From the NCBI GenBank assembly GCA_044226625.1, contig JBGAGQ010000001.1, forward strand, positions 64,001 to 128,000: a DNA stretch of 64,000 nt. Reading direction: 5' to 3'. This document shows, piece by piece, positions 1 through 10,052 of the stretch. The stretch is from Thermoanaerobaculia bacterium (GTDB lineage Bacteria; Acidobacteriota; Thermoanaerobaculia; Multivoradales; UBA5704). The first letter of the stretch is position 1. Each line of letters starts with the position of its first letter. The notes below the pieces were generated by a model. It saw only the letters and a list, made by a program, of their open reading frames with translations. It did not search any database and was not told the origin of the DNA. The position numbers and the translations under genes were made by a program.

Positions 1-2025
1 TCCATCCACCAGCGCAGCCCAGGGAACGAACTGGAGCGCTCCGTCCGGGCTGATCACGACGTCTCGGGTTCCCTCCGGAAACCGGGCGACGAGCGGACGC
101 CAGAGCAGATCGAACAGCTGCTGAAGCGGGGCGGCCGGGAGCGCTAAATCCTCCCCGGGCAGATCGGGCCGGGCGCCTCGGCTCCGACCCTCCAAATCTT
201 GCCGCAAGCGGGCGATCGATTCGTCGATCGGGCCGGCGGAGCCCAAGGGAACCCAAATCGGGGGCCCGGTCCGCGGCAGGACGACGGCACCGTACCGCGG
301 ATCGAGCCGCTTTCCACTCTGATAAACATGAAATCGTACCCACTCGACGAGAACCTGCCCTTCGGCGAGCGCCTTCCGGATTCGCGCGAGATCGAATTTC
401 GAACGCTCCGCACGGAGGGGCAAGGCGGCGGCTTTCGCCATCGCCGACTGCTCCGTGTCGATGGCGCGCGTCAAGTCCTCGCTTCGCTCCCGATCTTCGA
501 CCCGGCCCCGGGCGAGGGTCTCCAAGGCGGCGAGCTTCAGCCCGTGGATTCGGTCGAGGCGTTCACGGTCCTCTGGACGGATGCTCCGGCGGGCCAGAAG
601 GCGCTCCGAAAGAAGGGAGTCCTCGATCGCTCCCTTCATCCTCAACACGGCCTCCAAGAGGAGATCGGCGTCACCGAGCTCGGCGAGGTGGTCGTAATTC
701 AAGAGGGTCCTTTGGTACGCGAGACGCTGCGTCTCGGAGCCGAACGCAAGGACTCGATCGAGCACCTCGCCTTTGAGGTCCAGGGCAACCCGGCCCAGCT
801 CGAGGGCCTTCCTTCGTTCGCCGCGCCGAAGCGCGACCAAGGCGAGGCCTTGGTTGACTTCCGAAAGGAGAGATTGGTTCGGGAAGGCCTCTTTGGAAAG
901 CACGGATTTCGTGTCCGCGAGGAGCGTTTCGGCCAGGCCGAAGTCGCCCTGATAGAAAGCCACGGTTCCCAAGGTCGCCCGAAGTGGGAAGTTCGAGGGG
1001 GCCCCGGGCTCGCCCGCCGGTTCGAGCCACGCCAACGCTTCTTTCAGCTCGTCTCGTGCCTGGTCGAGCTTTCCCATCTCGAAGTGGGTAGCACCCAAGC
1101 TGGAGAGGGCCTGTCCTCGCGCCCGCCCCCTCCCGGCAAGCTTCAACGCCTCGACGAATCGCGCTTCGGCGTCGTCCAGCCTCCCGAGGCATCGCAGCAT
1201 GGCGCCGAGATCGTTGACGATCAAAAAACGCGTCGAAACGTCCTCGACAGGACCTCGCTCCAGGAGACCCTCGAGAATCCTCTGGCCGGACTCGCAAGCG
1301 CCGGTCGCCCCGTAGAGCAGGGCCAGATTGTTGCTGGTCTCTTGAAACACGCGGCTCCGCCGCTCCCCCAGCTCGCGGAGGAGGTCGAGCGCCTGAAGGT
1401 AGGCACCCTCGGAAGCCTCCACGTCTCCGAGCAGGTGGTACATGGTCGCCAAGTTCTGGAGCGCAATCGCCCGCGATTCGCGCGCCCCGCGGTCCGCCTC
1501 GCCTAAGGTCGCCGCAACGGCGGCTCGGAACGACACCGCGGCTCGGGCAATGCTCCGGGCCTTCCACCGGTTCATTCCCTGGTTGTTGAAGAGCCAGGCG
1601 CGACTTCTCCATGCGTCGCTCCGGTTCCCGAGAGTGAAGAGCGCCTGCCCATAGAGCTGCTCGGCTTTGTCGAAGCGTCCCAACGAGGCATAGAGCCCGG
1701 CAAGGTATCCGACGCGAAGCGCGTCTGAAACGGGATCGTTCCCCGGAACCTTCCGAAGGAGGACCACCATCGTCTCGACGATCGGGATTGCATCCTCTAC
1801 TGACTTCTCCGGCAGCGGGAACGGGAAAGGGGATCCGGGAACGGAAACCCAACCGCCAATCGGCTCTCGAGGCAACGTGCCGAGATCGGGCGTCAGGAGT
1901 TGCGCCTCTTCCGAGACGATTCGTTGCTCGTTGACGTTCCGATCCGCTCGACCGCTCGGACCATCCGAAAGCAGGCCCAACATGGTCATCGAGAGAAAAA
2001 GGCCCGTTCGAGGGTTCCAAGGCAT
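1..2025 (-). CDS. TPR + CHAT domain protein, 3' end beyond the left window edge (not in ORF track)
   Basis: Manual translation from ATG 2025, with RBS GAAAGGAG at 2040-2033: MPWNPRTGLFLSMTMLGLL...PIGGWVSVPGSPFPFPLPEKSVEDAIPI. The window edge reads VVISPDGALQFVPWAALVDG in the same frame, a typical CHAT N-terminal strand motif. Paralogue of 2061-4805. Confidence 0.85.
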   Translation of the reverse strand, partial: MPWNPRTGLFLSMTMLGLLSDGPSGRADRNVNEQRIVSEEAQLLTPDLGTLPREPIGGWVSVPGSPFPFPLPEKSVEDAIPIVETMVVLLRKVPGNDPVSDALRVGYLAGLYASLGRFDKAEQLYGQALFTLGNRSDAWRSRAWLFNNQGMNRWKARSIARAAVSFRAAVAATLGEADRGARESRAIALQNLATMYHLLGDVEASEGAYLQALDLLRELGERRSRVFQETSNNLALLYGATGACESGQRILEGLLERGPVEDVSTRFLIVNDLGAMLRCLGRLDDAEARFVEALKLAGRGRARGQALSSLGATHFEMGKLDQARDELKEALAWLEPAGEPGAPSNFPLRATLGTVAFYQGDFGLAETLLADTKSVLSKEAFPNQSLLSEVNQGLALVALRRGERRKALELGRVALDLKGEVLDRVLAFGSETQRLAYQRTLLNYDHLAELGDADLLLEAVLRMKGAIEDSLLSERLLARRSIRPEDRERLDRIHGLKLAALETLARGRVEDRERSEDLTRAIDTEQSAMAKAAALPLRAERSKFDLARIRKALAEGQVLVEWVRFHVYQSGKRLDPRYGAVVLPRTGPPIWVPLGSAGPIDESIARLRQDLEGRSRGARPDLPGEDLALPAAPLQQLFDLLWRPLVARFPEGTRDVVISPDGALQFVPWAALVDG

Positions 2026-2060
2026 CCGAGGGCTCCTTTCGCCTTTGCGGACCGACGCGA

Positions 2061-4805
2061 TCAGCGCGCGAGAACGAAGCCGCCCGCCTGAGCTACGGCC
2101 CAGCGGATGTCTTCGTGCAGATCTCTCAATTGGCGCAGGCGGGCGACCTGCGTCTCGTGAAACGCAAGGAAGGGGTCCTTGGCCGCGAACAATCGCTCGT
2201 AGAACCGCTCCATGAACTGCGCCGTCGCCGCGTCGTCGACCGACCAAAGGGTGAACAGGAGATTCCGGGTGCCCGCCAAGGCGAAGCCGCGCCGAAGGCC
2301 GAGCACCCCTTCGCCCCCCCTAGACTCACCGCTGCCCGTTTGGCACGCGGAGAGCACGGTCAGCCAGGTGTGGCTGAGGTCGAGCCCGCTCACCTCTTCG
2401 GCGTTCAAGATCCCATCGGAGGAGGCCGCTGGAACCACTCCCCGACTCCAGGCCTCGAGGCTCTGTCGCGCGCCGCCCAGCAGCACGTAGGCGCGGTACA
2501 TCGGCTGGCGGCTCAGCCGCGTTTGGATCGCCGATTTCAAATCGGCGCGAAGCTGTCCGCCGTGCGTCGCCAAATGGAGGATCGTGGGCCCGGGCTCCTT
2601 GAAAAGAGCCGGCTCGGAGGCTTGATCTCCCGTCAGAACCTTCACCTTCCAGTCGTTCGATTCCGCGGTTTTCGCCAGCGTCTCGGCCTCCTCCCGGGCG
2701 TAGGGAAGGTTGCCCAGGCCGTCGGCGAGCGCGAGCACCGTTTTGCCTTCCGGAACGGGCGAGGACCGCAGCAGGTCTCGGCCTGAGGTCACCTGCGAGA
2801 TTTGCCAGCTTTCCGCCACGAAAACGTCCCGGTCGTCAATCAGCGCCGCCCACGGTACGAAATGCAGCGCGCCGTCGGGGCTCAACAGGACCCTTTTCGT
2901 GCCGGTCGGGAACTCCGCCGCAAGGGGCGTCCAGAGCCGATCGAACAGCTTGCGAAGGGCATCCTTCGCGTCGCTGGCGCCCCCCTCGGGCAGATCGGGT
3001 TTTGCGCCGCGATCTCCGCCATCCATCGCGCCGACGACCTTCTCCGCGAGGGCATCCATCTCTTCGGCCCGGGCGAGGGGAATCCAACAGGGCCTACCCG
3101 AGTGGGGAATCAGTACGGCGCCGTAATGGGGTTCGAGCGTTCCTCCCTTGACGGAGAGTCGATAGCGCATCATCTCGACGAGAACCTCGTCCGATGCGAG
3201 CGCTGCCTGAATCTTCGCCAGATCGAAGGGGGGGCGTTCGCCGCGGAGCGGCAGCGAGACGCTCCGTGCCAGCGCGGTCTCCTCCCGCTTGAGTGCCCTC
3301 GCGATCTCTTCGTCCTTGGCCGTGCTTTCCAATCCGCCACGCGCGAGGCTCTCCATCACCCGAATCTTCAGCGCGTGGATTCGGTCGAGGCGTTCGCGAT
3401 CTTCCACCTTGACCGCCCGCCTCGCAATGGAGCGCTCGGCGAGCAGCGAGTCGAGAACCACCCCTTTGAGACGAAGCACGGCCTCGGCGAGAAGAGGAGC
3501 GTCGCCGATCTCGGCCAGGTAGTCGTACAGGTACGCGTTGCTCTGATAAGCGAGCCGTTGGCTCTCCGACCCGAAGGCGAGAATCCGTTCTAGCTCTTCG
3601 ATTTCCTGATCGAGGGCCAAACGGCTCAGCTCCAACGCCCGCGCAGGCTGTCCTCGCCTCTGGGCGACCAATGCCAGTCCTCGATTGAGGTCCGACAGGA
3701 GCCACCGGTCGCGCCTCGTGCCGCTGGCAAAATCACTTTTCGATCGCACCCATCTCGCCTCGGCCGACGCGAGGTTCCCCTGCAAGAGATCGAGATTTCC
3801 CAGAGTCGCTTCGACTCCCCCCAGGAGGCGCCGGTCCGTCCGATCCGATTTCAAAAGCAGACCGCGGGCCTCTTCCGCCTCGGCGCGCGCCTTGTCCAAG
3901 TCGCCGGAGTCGGTGTGAGTTGCCGACAGAGATAAAAGAATCAAGACTCGGGAAGGACCGTTCCCCGCAAACTTCAGGGCCTCGCCGAGCCTCCGCTCGG
4001 CTCCTTCGAGATCCTTGACACCACGGAGCGCTTCACCCGAGTTCATGAGCAACGCCAAACGGAGGTTGGGGTTCCAGACTCCGCCTCGAGCGATCAGAGC
4101 GTCGAGCTGGCGACGCGCCCTCTCGAAGTCGCCGATCGATCCATAGAGCACCGCCAAGTTATTGACCGTCGCCTGGTATGCGGAACTGTCCTCTCCCGTC
4201 CCGCGAAGGAGGTCGAGTGCGAGGAGGTAGGCCTCTTCCGAGGCTTCGGCGTCACCGAGGAATTGATAAGCCGACGCAAGGTTCTGCCAGACGATCGCTT
4301 GCGGCTCGCTTTCAACGCCGCCCTTCTCGCCGATCACCGCCACGGCGGCCCGAAACGACTGCGCCGCTTCGGCATACCGCTCCGCGTTCAAGCGGGTCAT
4401 ACCTCGGTTGTTGAGAACCCACCCCAGGTCGCGCCCCGAGGCCTTGTTCCGCTCGAGGATCGTTTGCGCCTGGGCGTACAGATCCTCCGCTTTGGAGTAG
4501 TTGCCCGTCCCGCCATACAACCCAGCGAGAAACCCGAGGCCTCGGGCATACGCGGGCCCTTCGCCGCCAAACGTACGAATCCCCTCGAGAATCGATTGGT
4601 AAATCGGAATCGCATCTTGCACAGCTCCTTGAGGGACCGGAAAAGGGATTCCGGGAACCGAGATCGATCCGCCGATCGGCACGGGCTGCCATCTCGATCC
4701 GTCCGAGAGGGAGCGCGCCGATACCGGCCCGACGCACAACGGAAGGAGGACGGCGACGACCGCCGCCGTTCGGAAACCGACGTTTGGCGATCGCCGCCTT
4801 CTCAC
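2061..4805 (-). CDS. secreted TPR + CHAT (caspase-like, clan CD) protease
   Basis: Signal-peptide-like N-terminus, kinesin-light-chain-type TPRs, SPDGALHFVPW, catalytic HLATHG and LSACQTG, TLWSVDD. Confidence 0.92.
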   Translation of the reverse strand: MRRRRSPNVGFRTAAVVAVLLPLCVGPVSARSLSDGSRWQPVPIGGSISVPGIPFPVPQGAVQDAIPIYQSILEGIRTFGGEGPAYARGLGFLAGLYGGTGNYSKAEDLYAQAQTILERNKASGRDLGWVLNNRGMTRLNAERYAEAAQSFRAAVAVIGEKGGVESEPQAIVWQNLASAYQFLGDAEASEEAYLLALDLLRGTGEDSSAYQATVNNLAVLYGSIGDFERARRQLDALIARGGVWNPNLRLALLMNSGEALRGVKDLEGAERRLGEALKFAGNGPSRVLILLSLSATHTDSGDLDKARAEAEEARGLLLKSDRTDRRLLGGVEATLGNLDLLQGNLASAEARWVRSKSDFASGTRRDRWLLSDLNRGLALVAQRRGQPARALELSRLALDQEIEELERILAFGSESQRLAYQSNAYLYDYLAEIGDAPLLAEAVLRLKGVVLDSLLAERSIARRAVKVEDRERLDRIHALKIRVMESLARGGLESTAKDEEIARALKREETALARSVSLPLRGERPPFDLAKIQAALASDEVLVEMMRYRLSVKGGTLEPHYGAVLIPHSGRPCWIPLARAEEMDALAEKVVGAMDGGDRGAKPDLPEGGASDAKDALRKLFDRLWTPLAAEFPTGTKRVLLSPDGALHFVPWAALIDDRDVFVAESWQISQVTSGRDLLRSSPVPEGKTVLALADGLGNLPYAREEAETLAKTAESNDWKVKVLTGDQASEPALFKEPGPTILHLATHGGQLRADLKSAIQTRLSRQPMYRAYVLLGGARQSLEAWSRGVVPAASSDGILNAEEVSGLDLSHTWLTVLSACQTGSGESRGGEGVLGLRRGFALAGTRNLLFTLWSVDDAATAQFMERFYERLFAAKDPFLAFHETQVARLRQLRDLHEDIRWAVAQAGGFVLAR

Positions 4806-4808
4806 GAT

Positions 4809-5744
4809 CTAACTCCTCTCCTTCTGCGGCTGGACCCCCATCCCCTGCACGATCTGGTCGCCGTTGCCTCCGGTGACCGAGCAAAACGAGGTTCGCTCCG
4901 TGACGTTCGTGACTTTCACCCGGGCGCGCTCGTGGACGACCTCGTCGAGCGTCTCGCCGGTGTCGGGATCCGAAATGATTTCCGACTCGCCCACGACGAA
5001 CTCATCCCCGACCGAAACGCCTTCGCGCGAGCCCCGATTGAGGATGATCTTTTCGCCATCCACCTTGACGACCGAACCGCGCCAGGGCACCGAGGGGAGC
5101 TGCTCGACCATCCAAGGGATCACGTCTTTGATCGCCGTCTGCAGGGCCTCGTGTACGTTGTCCTTCTTCCCCGTGGTGATCGATCCCGCGTTCCCCAGTT
5201 TGTTCAGACCGAAGGAGATACCGTGTCCCTGCGCCAGTCCGACGAAATCCTTCGCGGCCACCAACGCGCCGGTCGTGGAGTCGATCATTTGCAAGGTGGC
5301 CCGAATTTCCGTCTTCGCTCGGTTCGCACCGATCTTGAACTGACCCAGATCGATTCCGCCCCCCTGGTTCGAGGCGTCCTTCTCGAAGTGGGTGATGACC
5401 CCTTTGACGAGAAGTTGTGCCGGGCTCATGCGACTCCGGACCGCCGTCTTCTTTCCCTGCACCGTCACACCCGACGCGCCACGTGCCTGCTCGTCGAGCG
5501 CGCTCTTCTGCATGTCGCTCTGCGCGACGACGATGAAATCGCCGCTTTCCTGGAGGGCCGTCGTCAACTCCGTCGCCCAGTCGTACCCGATACTGTCCGG
5601 AGCCTCGCTGTGGTTCTCGAACTTTTCGACGAAAACCGTATAGCGGAGCCCTCCGCTCGTACGGGCCCAGGCTGGTGAGAAGTGAAATGCGATTCCGAGT
5701 AGCAGACCAAGGCTCACGCTCTGAAGTCTTCGTTTCGAGTACAT
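4809..5744 (-). CDS. CsgG/HfaB-family exported protein with FlgT-like C-terminal beta domain
   Basis: Signal peptide; VFVEKFEN...LTTALQESGDFIVV...AQLLVKGVITHFE...MIDSTTG (CsgG pattern); C-terminal WRGSVVKVDGEKIILNRGSREGVSVGDEF. Confidence 0.8.
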   Translation of the reverse strand: MYSKRRLQSVSLGLLLGIAFHFSPAWARTSGGLRYTVFVEKFENHSEAPDSIGYDWATELTTALQESGDFIVVAQSDMQKSALDEQARGASGVTVQGKKTAVRSRMSPAQLLVKGVITHFEKDASNQGGGIDLGQFKIGANRAKTEIRATLQMIDSTTGALVAAKDFVGLAQGHGISFGLNKLGNAGSITTGKKDNVHEALQTAIKDVIPWMVEQLPSVPWRGSVVKVDGEKIILNRGSREGVSVGDEFVVGESEIISDPDTGETLDEVVHERARVKVTNVTERTSFCSVTGGNGDQIVQGMGVQPQKERS

Positions 5745-5787
5745 CGTGGTTCCTCCTTGAATAGGGATTGAGGGGTCCAGCGGGGAC

Positions 5788-7881
5788 TCATAGGTGAACG
5801 TCTCGCGAACGCAGAACCGCGAGCGTTCCGGCGATCAGGAGAAGCGCCTGGGCCGTGAGGACGAAAAGCAAGGTACCCGGGCGGGTTCGGTTCTTGGCCG
5901 GAAAATAGAACTCGGCAAACCCTTCCTGCTCGCTGTTCAAAACGGGAAGTTTCGTCTTCGATCCCGCCTTGGCCGGCTCCTGCCGCACGATCTCTTCCAT
6001 GGGCCGTCGCTTCTCCTCGGCGTCGACCGCGAGCTCGAGAGCCCAGCGCGAGGGCATCAGGTGGGCGATCGTTCGCGCGGTTTGTTGCATCTCGTGAACT
6101 GGACGCAGCATTCCGCCGAGCATCACCATCGGCAGGATGGCGATCGGCACGAGGGAGATCGCGACCTCAGAGCTCCGCGCGAGAGCCGAGAGTGTGAGAC
6201 CGATCGACGAGCCAACGAGGGCGCTCAAGAACAGGCCGGCGAGCAGGCGCGGCCATGGCGCCTCGATCTCGCAGCCGGCTCGAACGATCGCCAGCAACAG
6301 GCCGCACTGCACGAGGCCGATCAAGCCGAGCAGCACGAGCTTCGCCCCAAGGTACGCCACGAGGCGCAGGCCGACCATCCGTTCCCGGGCGAAGACCGGG
6401 CGCTCGGCGACAATCTCGCGCGCCGCGTTCGAACAGCCGAACCAAAGGGCGGCGATGTTGGACAGGAAGAGGACGGAAGCGACCGAAGGCCACGCCATGG
6501 CCTTGCTGACCCCTTCCTCCGGCCGAGTCGCGGCGCCGAAAACTAGGACGATCAGGAGCGCGATGATCGGTGCTTGGACCATCAGGATCACGCCGTTCCA
6601 GCGGTCTCTCGCCTTGAGCACCAGCTCCCGTCGAGTCAGGAGGATCAATTGGCGGAGTGCCGAGGGGAGCTTGCGGGGCCGCGGCTCCGTCGCGACCTGC
6701 ACGTCGCTCTGACCCGCCCGCTGGTCGACGAATCGGCTCTTGATCGCGGAGCGTTCGTACCGGTTCGACCATTCCGCCGTCGACTTCTTCGCGAGACCTC
6801 GAAGCACCCCCTCGGGTGAAGGCTCGGCGGGCAAGGAAAGGTCCGGATTGAAGAATCGAATCGCCTCCGGATAGGCCGGGCCGTAATAGACCACCCGGGC
6901 GGGATTGCGGGTCTCAACGTCGCGCGAGACCACGACCAGGTTGTCCATCAGGCGGAAGACCTCGCGGCTCGGCTGATGGATCGTGAGCAGGATCGTGCGC
7001 CCCTCCAGCGCGAGCTCGCGGAGCCCCTCCATCACCAGCAGGGCGTCCTCGGACGACAGGCCCGAGGTGGGCTCGTCGAGCAGCAGGACCGGTGGATCGG
7101 TCAGCAGCTCCATCGCGACGTTTACCCTCTTCCGTTCACCGCCACTCACGACCTTGCGCGTCGGCGAGCCGATCGCCGAGTCTCGAATGTGGGCGATGTG
7201 AAGCTGGGACAGCACACGGTCGATCCGCCGCTCGATCTCGTCGCGGCCGGTATCGCCGGGGAGCCTGAGCTTTGCGGTGAAGTACAAGGCCTCACGCACG
7301 GTCAGGTCGCCATGGAGAATGTCGTCCTGGGGTACGTAACCGATGCCGAGCCGGAATTGATCGAACTCGGCGTACAGGTCGCGGCCGTTGTAAAGCACTC
7401 GCCCGGCGCTCGGCGGCTGATAGCCGTTGAGCGCGGTCATGAGCGTCGTCTTGCCCGCACCGCTCGGCCCCATCAGGCCGACCAGCTCTGAGGGCAGAAG
7501 GGTGAGCGACACGCCTTCGATCAATCGCCGCTTGCCCGCATCGATCGCGACCCCTTGGGCCTCCACGCGGGTGTTGCCCCGGTAATCGCGCCGTTCGAGG
7601 AATTCGTCGTCCAAACGAACCAGGCGGCTGCCGCCCAGGTCGACGATGTCGCCGATCTCGAGAGGGGCGGTCGCCGAAAGGCGGGTACCGTTCAAAAAGG
7701 TCCCGTTGGTCGAACCGAGATCGGTCACCGTCCAGCGCGCACCGGAGCGCTCGATCCGCGCATGCCGACGCGAGATCAAGGGATGATCGATCGCCAGGTC
7801 GTTCTCCGACGTCCGTCCGACGATCAGAGCGGCGGAGGAGCCGAGTTGCAGGCGGAAGCCGGGAGGAGGAGCGGCCGTCAT
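5788..7881 (-). CDS. FHA domain-ABC transporter ATPase/permease fusion (Rv1747-like, ABCG-type)
   Basis: FHA motifs GR..ISRRH..STNGTFLNG; Walker A GPSGAGKT; VSGGE signature; LLLDEPTSGL; C-terminal ABC2 membrane domain. Confidence 0.92.
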   Translation of the reverse strand: MTAAPPPGFRLQLGSSAALIVGRTSENDLAIDHPLISRRHARIERSGARWTVTDLGSTNGTFLNGTRLSATAPLEIGDIVDLGGSRLVRLDDEFLERRDYRGNTRVEAQGVAIDAGKRRLIEGVSLTLLPSELVGLMGPSGAGKTTLMTALNGYQPPSAGRVLYNGRDLYAEFDQFRLGIGYVPQDDILHGDLTVREALYFTAKLRLPGDTGRDEIERRIDRVLSQLHIAHIRDSAIGSPTRKVVSGGERKRVNVAMELLTDPPVLLLDEPTSGLSSEDALLVMEGLRELALEGRTILLTIHQPSREVFRLMDNLVVVSRDVETRNPARVVYYGPAYPEAIRFFNPDLSLPAEPSPEGVLRGLAKKSTAEWSNRYERSAIKSRFVDQRAGQSDVQVATEPRPRKLPSALRQLILLTRRELVLKARDRWNGVILMVQAPIIALLIVLVFGAATRPEEGVSKAMAWPSVASVLFLSNIAALWFGCSNAAREIVAERPVFARERMVGLRLVAYLGAKLVLLGLIGLVQCGLLLAIVRAGCEIEAPWPRLLAGLFLSALVGSSIGLTLSALARSSEVAISLVPIAILPMVMLGGMLRPVHEMQQTARTIAHLMPSRWALELAVDAEEKRRPMEEIVRQEPAKAGSKTKLPVLNSEQEGFAEFYFPAKNRTRPGTLLFVLTAQALLLIAGTLAVLRSRDVHL

Positions 7882-7897
7882 CTCTTCTTCTCCTCTC

Positions 7898-9883
7898 CTA
7901 GCGAGCGCCAGCCGCTGCGCGCAGCTGGCTCCAGTCGTCTTGAATCGCCTGGATCACGTCGGCGGTCGGTCCGATGAAGGCGTTCCGCGCCTTCCCCTGG
8001 GCGGAGAGCTCCGTGTATTCGAGCGTCTCGGTCCATCCCGAGCCCAAGGTTCGACTGGTAGGCAGCATGTAGGCGTTCATGCGTATGCGCGCCGGTGTGA
8101 GCGAACCCTTGAGGCCCTTGAACCTCACGGTCTGGCGCTCGCCATCCTCGACCCGCAAGAGGACCAGGACATGGAAACCTTTCTGAACGAGCTCCGCGCC
8201 AAGCGCCTTTTGCGAAACTTTCGCGCCCTTTTTTTCGAGCATCTCGTCGATCTCCGGCTCGCCATGCTCGTCGACTACCTGGAATCGGCGCGACAGCCTC
8301 CGCTCCATCTCCTGTTCGAGCGGCACCGCGAGAACCGGATCCCCCCCGGCGAGCACCGCCACCTGGGGCCGATCGGGAAGCGCGCCCATGGAAGGAGGCA
8401 TCCCAGGGGGAGCTCCCGAGCCGGGAGGCATTCCCGGGGGCATGCCAGGCGGCATCCCCGGCGGCGCACCGGTCGTGCCGGGGGGGATCTGCGGAGCGCC
8501 CCCGTTCGCCGCCTGCGGCCAGCCCTGGGGCAGGGTGGGAGGCGCCTGGTTCGGATTGGCGTTCGGCACCGGAGGAGCCGGCGTCATTTGGGAGCCCGCC
8601 GTTGAGTCGTGCGGATGGAACTTCGCGAGATTCCCTTGCGTGCCCCCGTTTCCCACGTCGTCCGTCGACCCTTTCGAATCGGGCCGAGCTTTCCCCGTGC
8701 CCCCGACTTGGGAGGCGTCCTCCTTCTTCGAGACTTCGGAATCCGAAGACTCACCTTCGTCGTCGGTCTTCGACGCTTGGAAAGCGAACAGGCCGGCGAC
8801 TCCTAAAAGAAACGCCGCGCCGACGAGCATGCGGCGGCGAAAGATCCTGCGGCGGATCGCATTGAACTCGGCGGCCGACATCGCCGGGATCCTGCCCACC
8901 GGAGCGGGCGGTGAGGCGGGCCGCGGACTTGCCGCGCGGATCGTCGGATCTACGCCGAGGGGAGCCACCGACGCGCCGGCCAACGGCATCACGCTCTGCC
9001 GGACAGTGGCATCCACCATCGGCTCGTACGAAAGCCTTTGGCCCGCGGGGGCGAGGTCCGCGGTTTCCAGATCGCGCGCCATCGTTTCGCAATCGGGATA
9101 GCGGTCGGCGGCCCGCTTCGCGAGGGACCGCATCACGACCGCTTCGAGGGCAGGAGAGACCTCGGGCGCGGCAGACCGTAGAGGCGGCGGAGTCTCCGAA
9201 ACGTGGGCCTGAAGGATTGCGAATTGGGAACCCGAATCGAACGGCGTGCGCCCCGCGAGGAGCTGGTAGAGCACGACTCCGAGGGAATAGATGTCGGCGC
9301 GGCTATCGACCGCGTCCGGAGTCAGAATCTGTTCGGGGCTCATGTACTGGGGCGTGCCGACCGCGATACCGGTCGTCGTGAGGCCAGGCGACGCATCGGC
9401 CCTGGCGATTCCGAAGTCGGCGACAACGACCTCGCCGCTCTCGTTTAACAGCAGGTTCGCGGGCTTGACGTCGCGATGGACGATCCCCTTCTTGTGCGCA
9501 AAGCCAAGCCCCGCCAGAGCCTGGCGGGCCCAGAGCAGTGCCTGGGACCTCGGCACGGACCCGGCCCGCCGTTCCAGGACCTCGGCCAAACTCCCGCCGT
9601 CCACGTATTCGACGACGAGGAACCAACGCCCTCCGTCTTCCAGGTAGTCGAGGATGCGGGCGATGTTGGGGTGCCGCAATTGGGATTGCAGCTCGGCCTC
9701 GCGACGGAAGCGCTGGCGAAAGGACTCCACCGATTCCAGGCCCGGCGATAGAACTTTGACCGCGGCTCGAAGCATCAGAGAGGCATGGCGAGCGAGATAG
9801 ACCGAGCCCATGCCCCCCTGCCCCAACTCGCTTTCGAGCATCCAGCTGCCCACCTTGCGACCGATCAGAATCTCTTCCGCCAC
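7898..9883 (-). CDS. Hanks-type Ser/Thr kinase with TM, Pro-rich linker and extracytoplasmic domain
   Basis: LGQGGMGSVY, AVKVL, HRDVKPAN, DFGIA, GTPQYMSPE; TM after RRRIFRRR. Start set at GTG 9883 (GGAGG upstream) instead of the ORF-track start at 9991. Confidence 0.92.
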   Translation of the reverse strand: MAEEILIGRKVGSWMLESELGQGGMGSVYLARHASLMLRAAVKVLSPGLESVESFRQRFRREAELQSQLRHPNIARILDYLEDGGRWFLVVEYVDGGSLAEVLERRAGSVPRSQALLWARQALAGLGFAHKKGIVHRDVKPANLLLNESGEVVVADFGIARADASPGLTTTGIAVGTPQYMSPEQILTPDAVDSRADIYSLGVVLYQLLAGRTPFDSGSQFAILQAHVSETPPPLRSAAPEVSPALEAVVMRSLAKRAADRYPDCETMARDLETADLAPAGQRLSYEPMVDATVRQSVMPLAGASVAPLGVDPTIRAASPRPASPPAPVGRIPAMSAAEFNAIRRRIFRRRMLVGAAFLLGVAGLFAFQASKTDDEGESSDSEVSKKEDASQVGGTGKARPDSKGSTDDVGNGGTQGNLAKFHPHDSTAGSQMTPAPPVPNANPNQAPPTLPQGWPQAANGGAPQIPPGTTGAPPGMPPGMPPGMPPGSGAPPGMPPSMGALPDRPQVAVLAGGDPVLAVPLEQEMERRLSRRFQVVDEHGEPEIDEMLEKKGAKVSQKALGAELVQKGFHVLVLLRVEDGERQTVRFKGLKGSLTPARIRMNAYMLPTSRTLGSGWTETLEYTELSAQGKARNAFIGPTADVIQAIQDDWSQLRAAAGAR

Positions 9884-10052
9884 AGAACCTCCGAGCCTTG
9901 GGTTTGTTTTAGTAGACACACCCGAAAAGGTTTGGTGGATTGCCGAACAAAGAGAGGCTGGCCGCGGGGGACGAAAAACAAACGCTTCCACGCCGTGTCT
10001 CTCCCAAGGAAACCTTTCCGAGGGAATCGATGCTCTACGCGGCGACTACCGA

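Noticed and set aside
199-1506. 435-aa + strand ORF, and other long antisense ORFs such as 20254-22017, 23403-25241, 46433-48514, 48595-51060 and 61195-63201
   Set aside because: Antisense or alternate-frame shadows of well-supported genes, expected in high-GC DNA; no motifs
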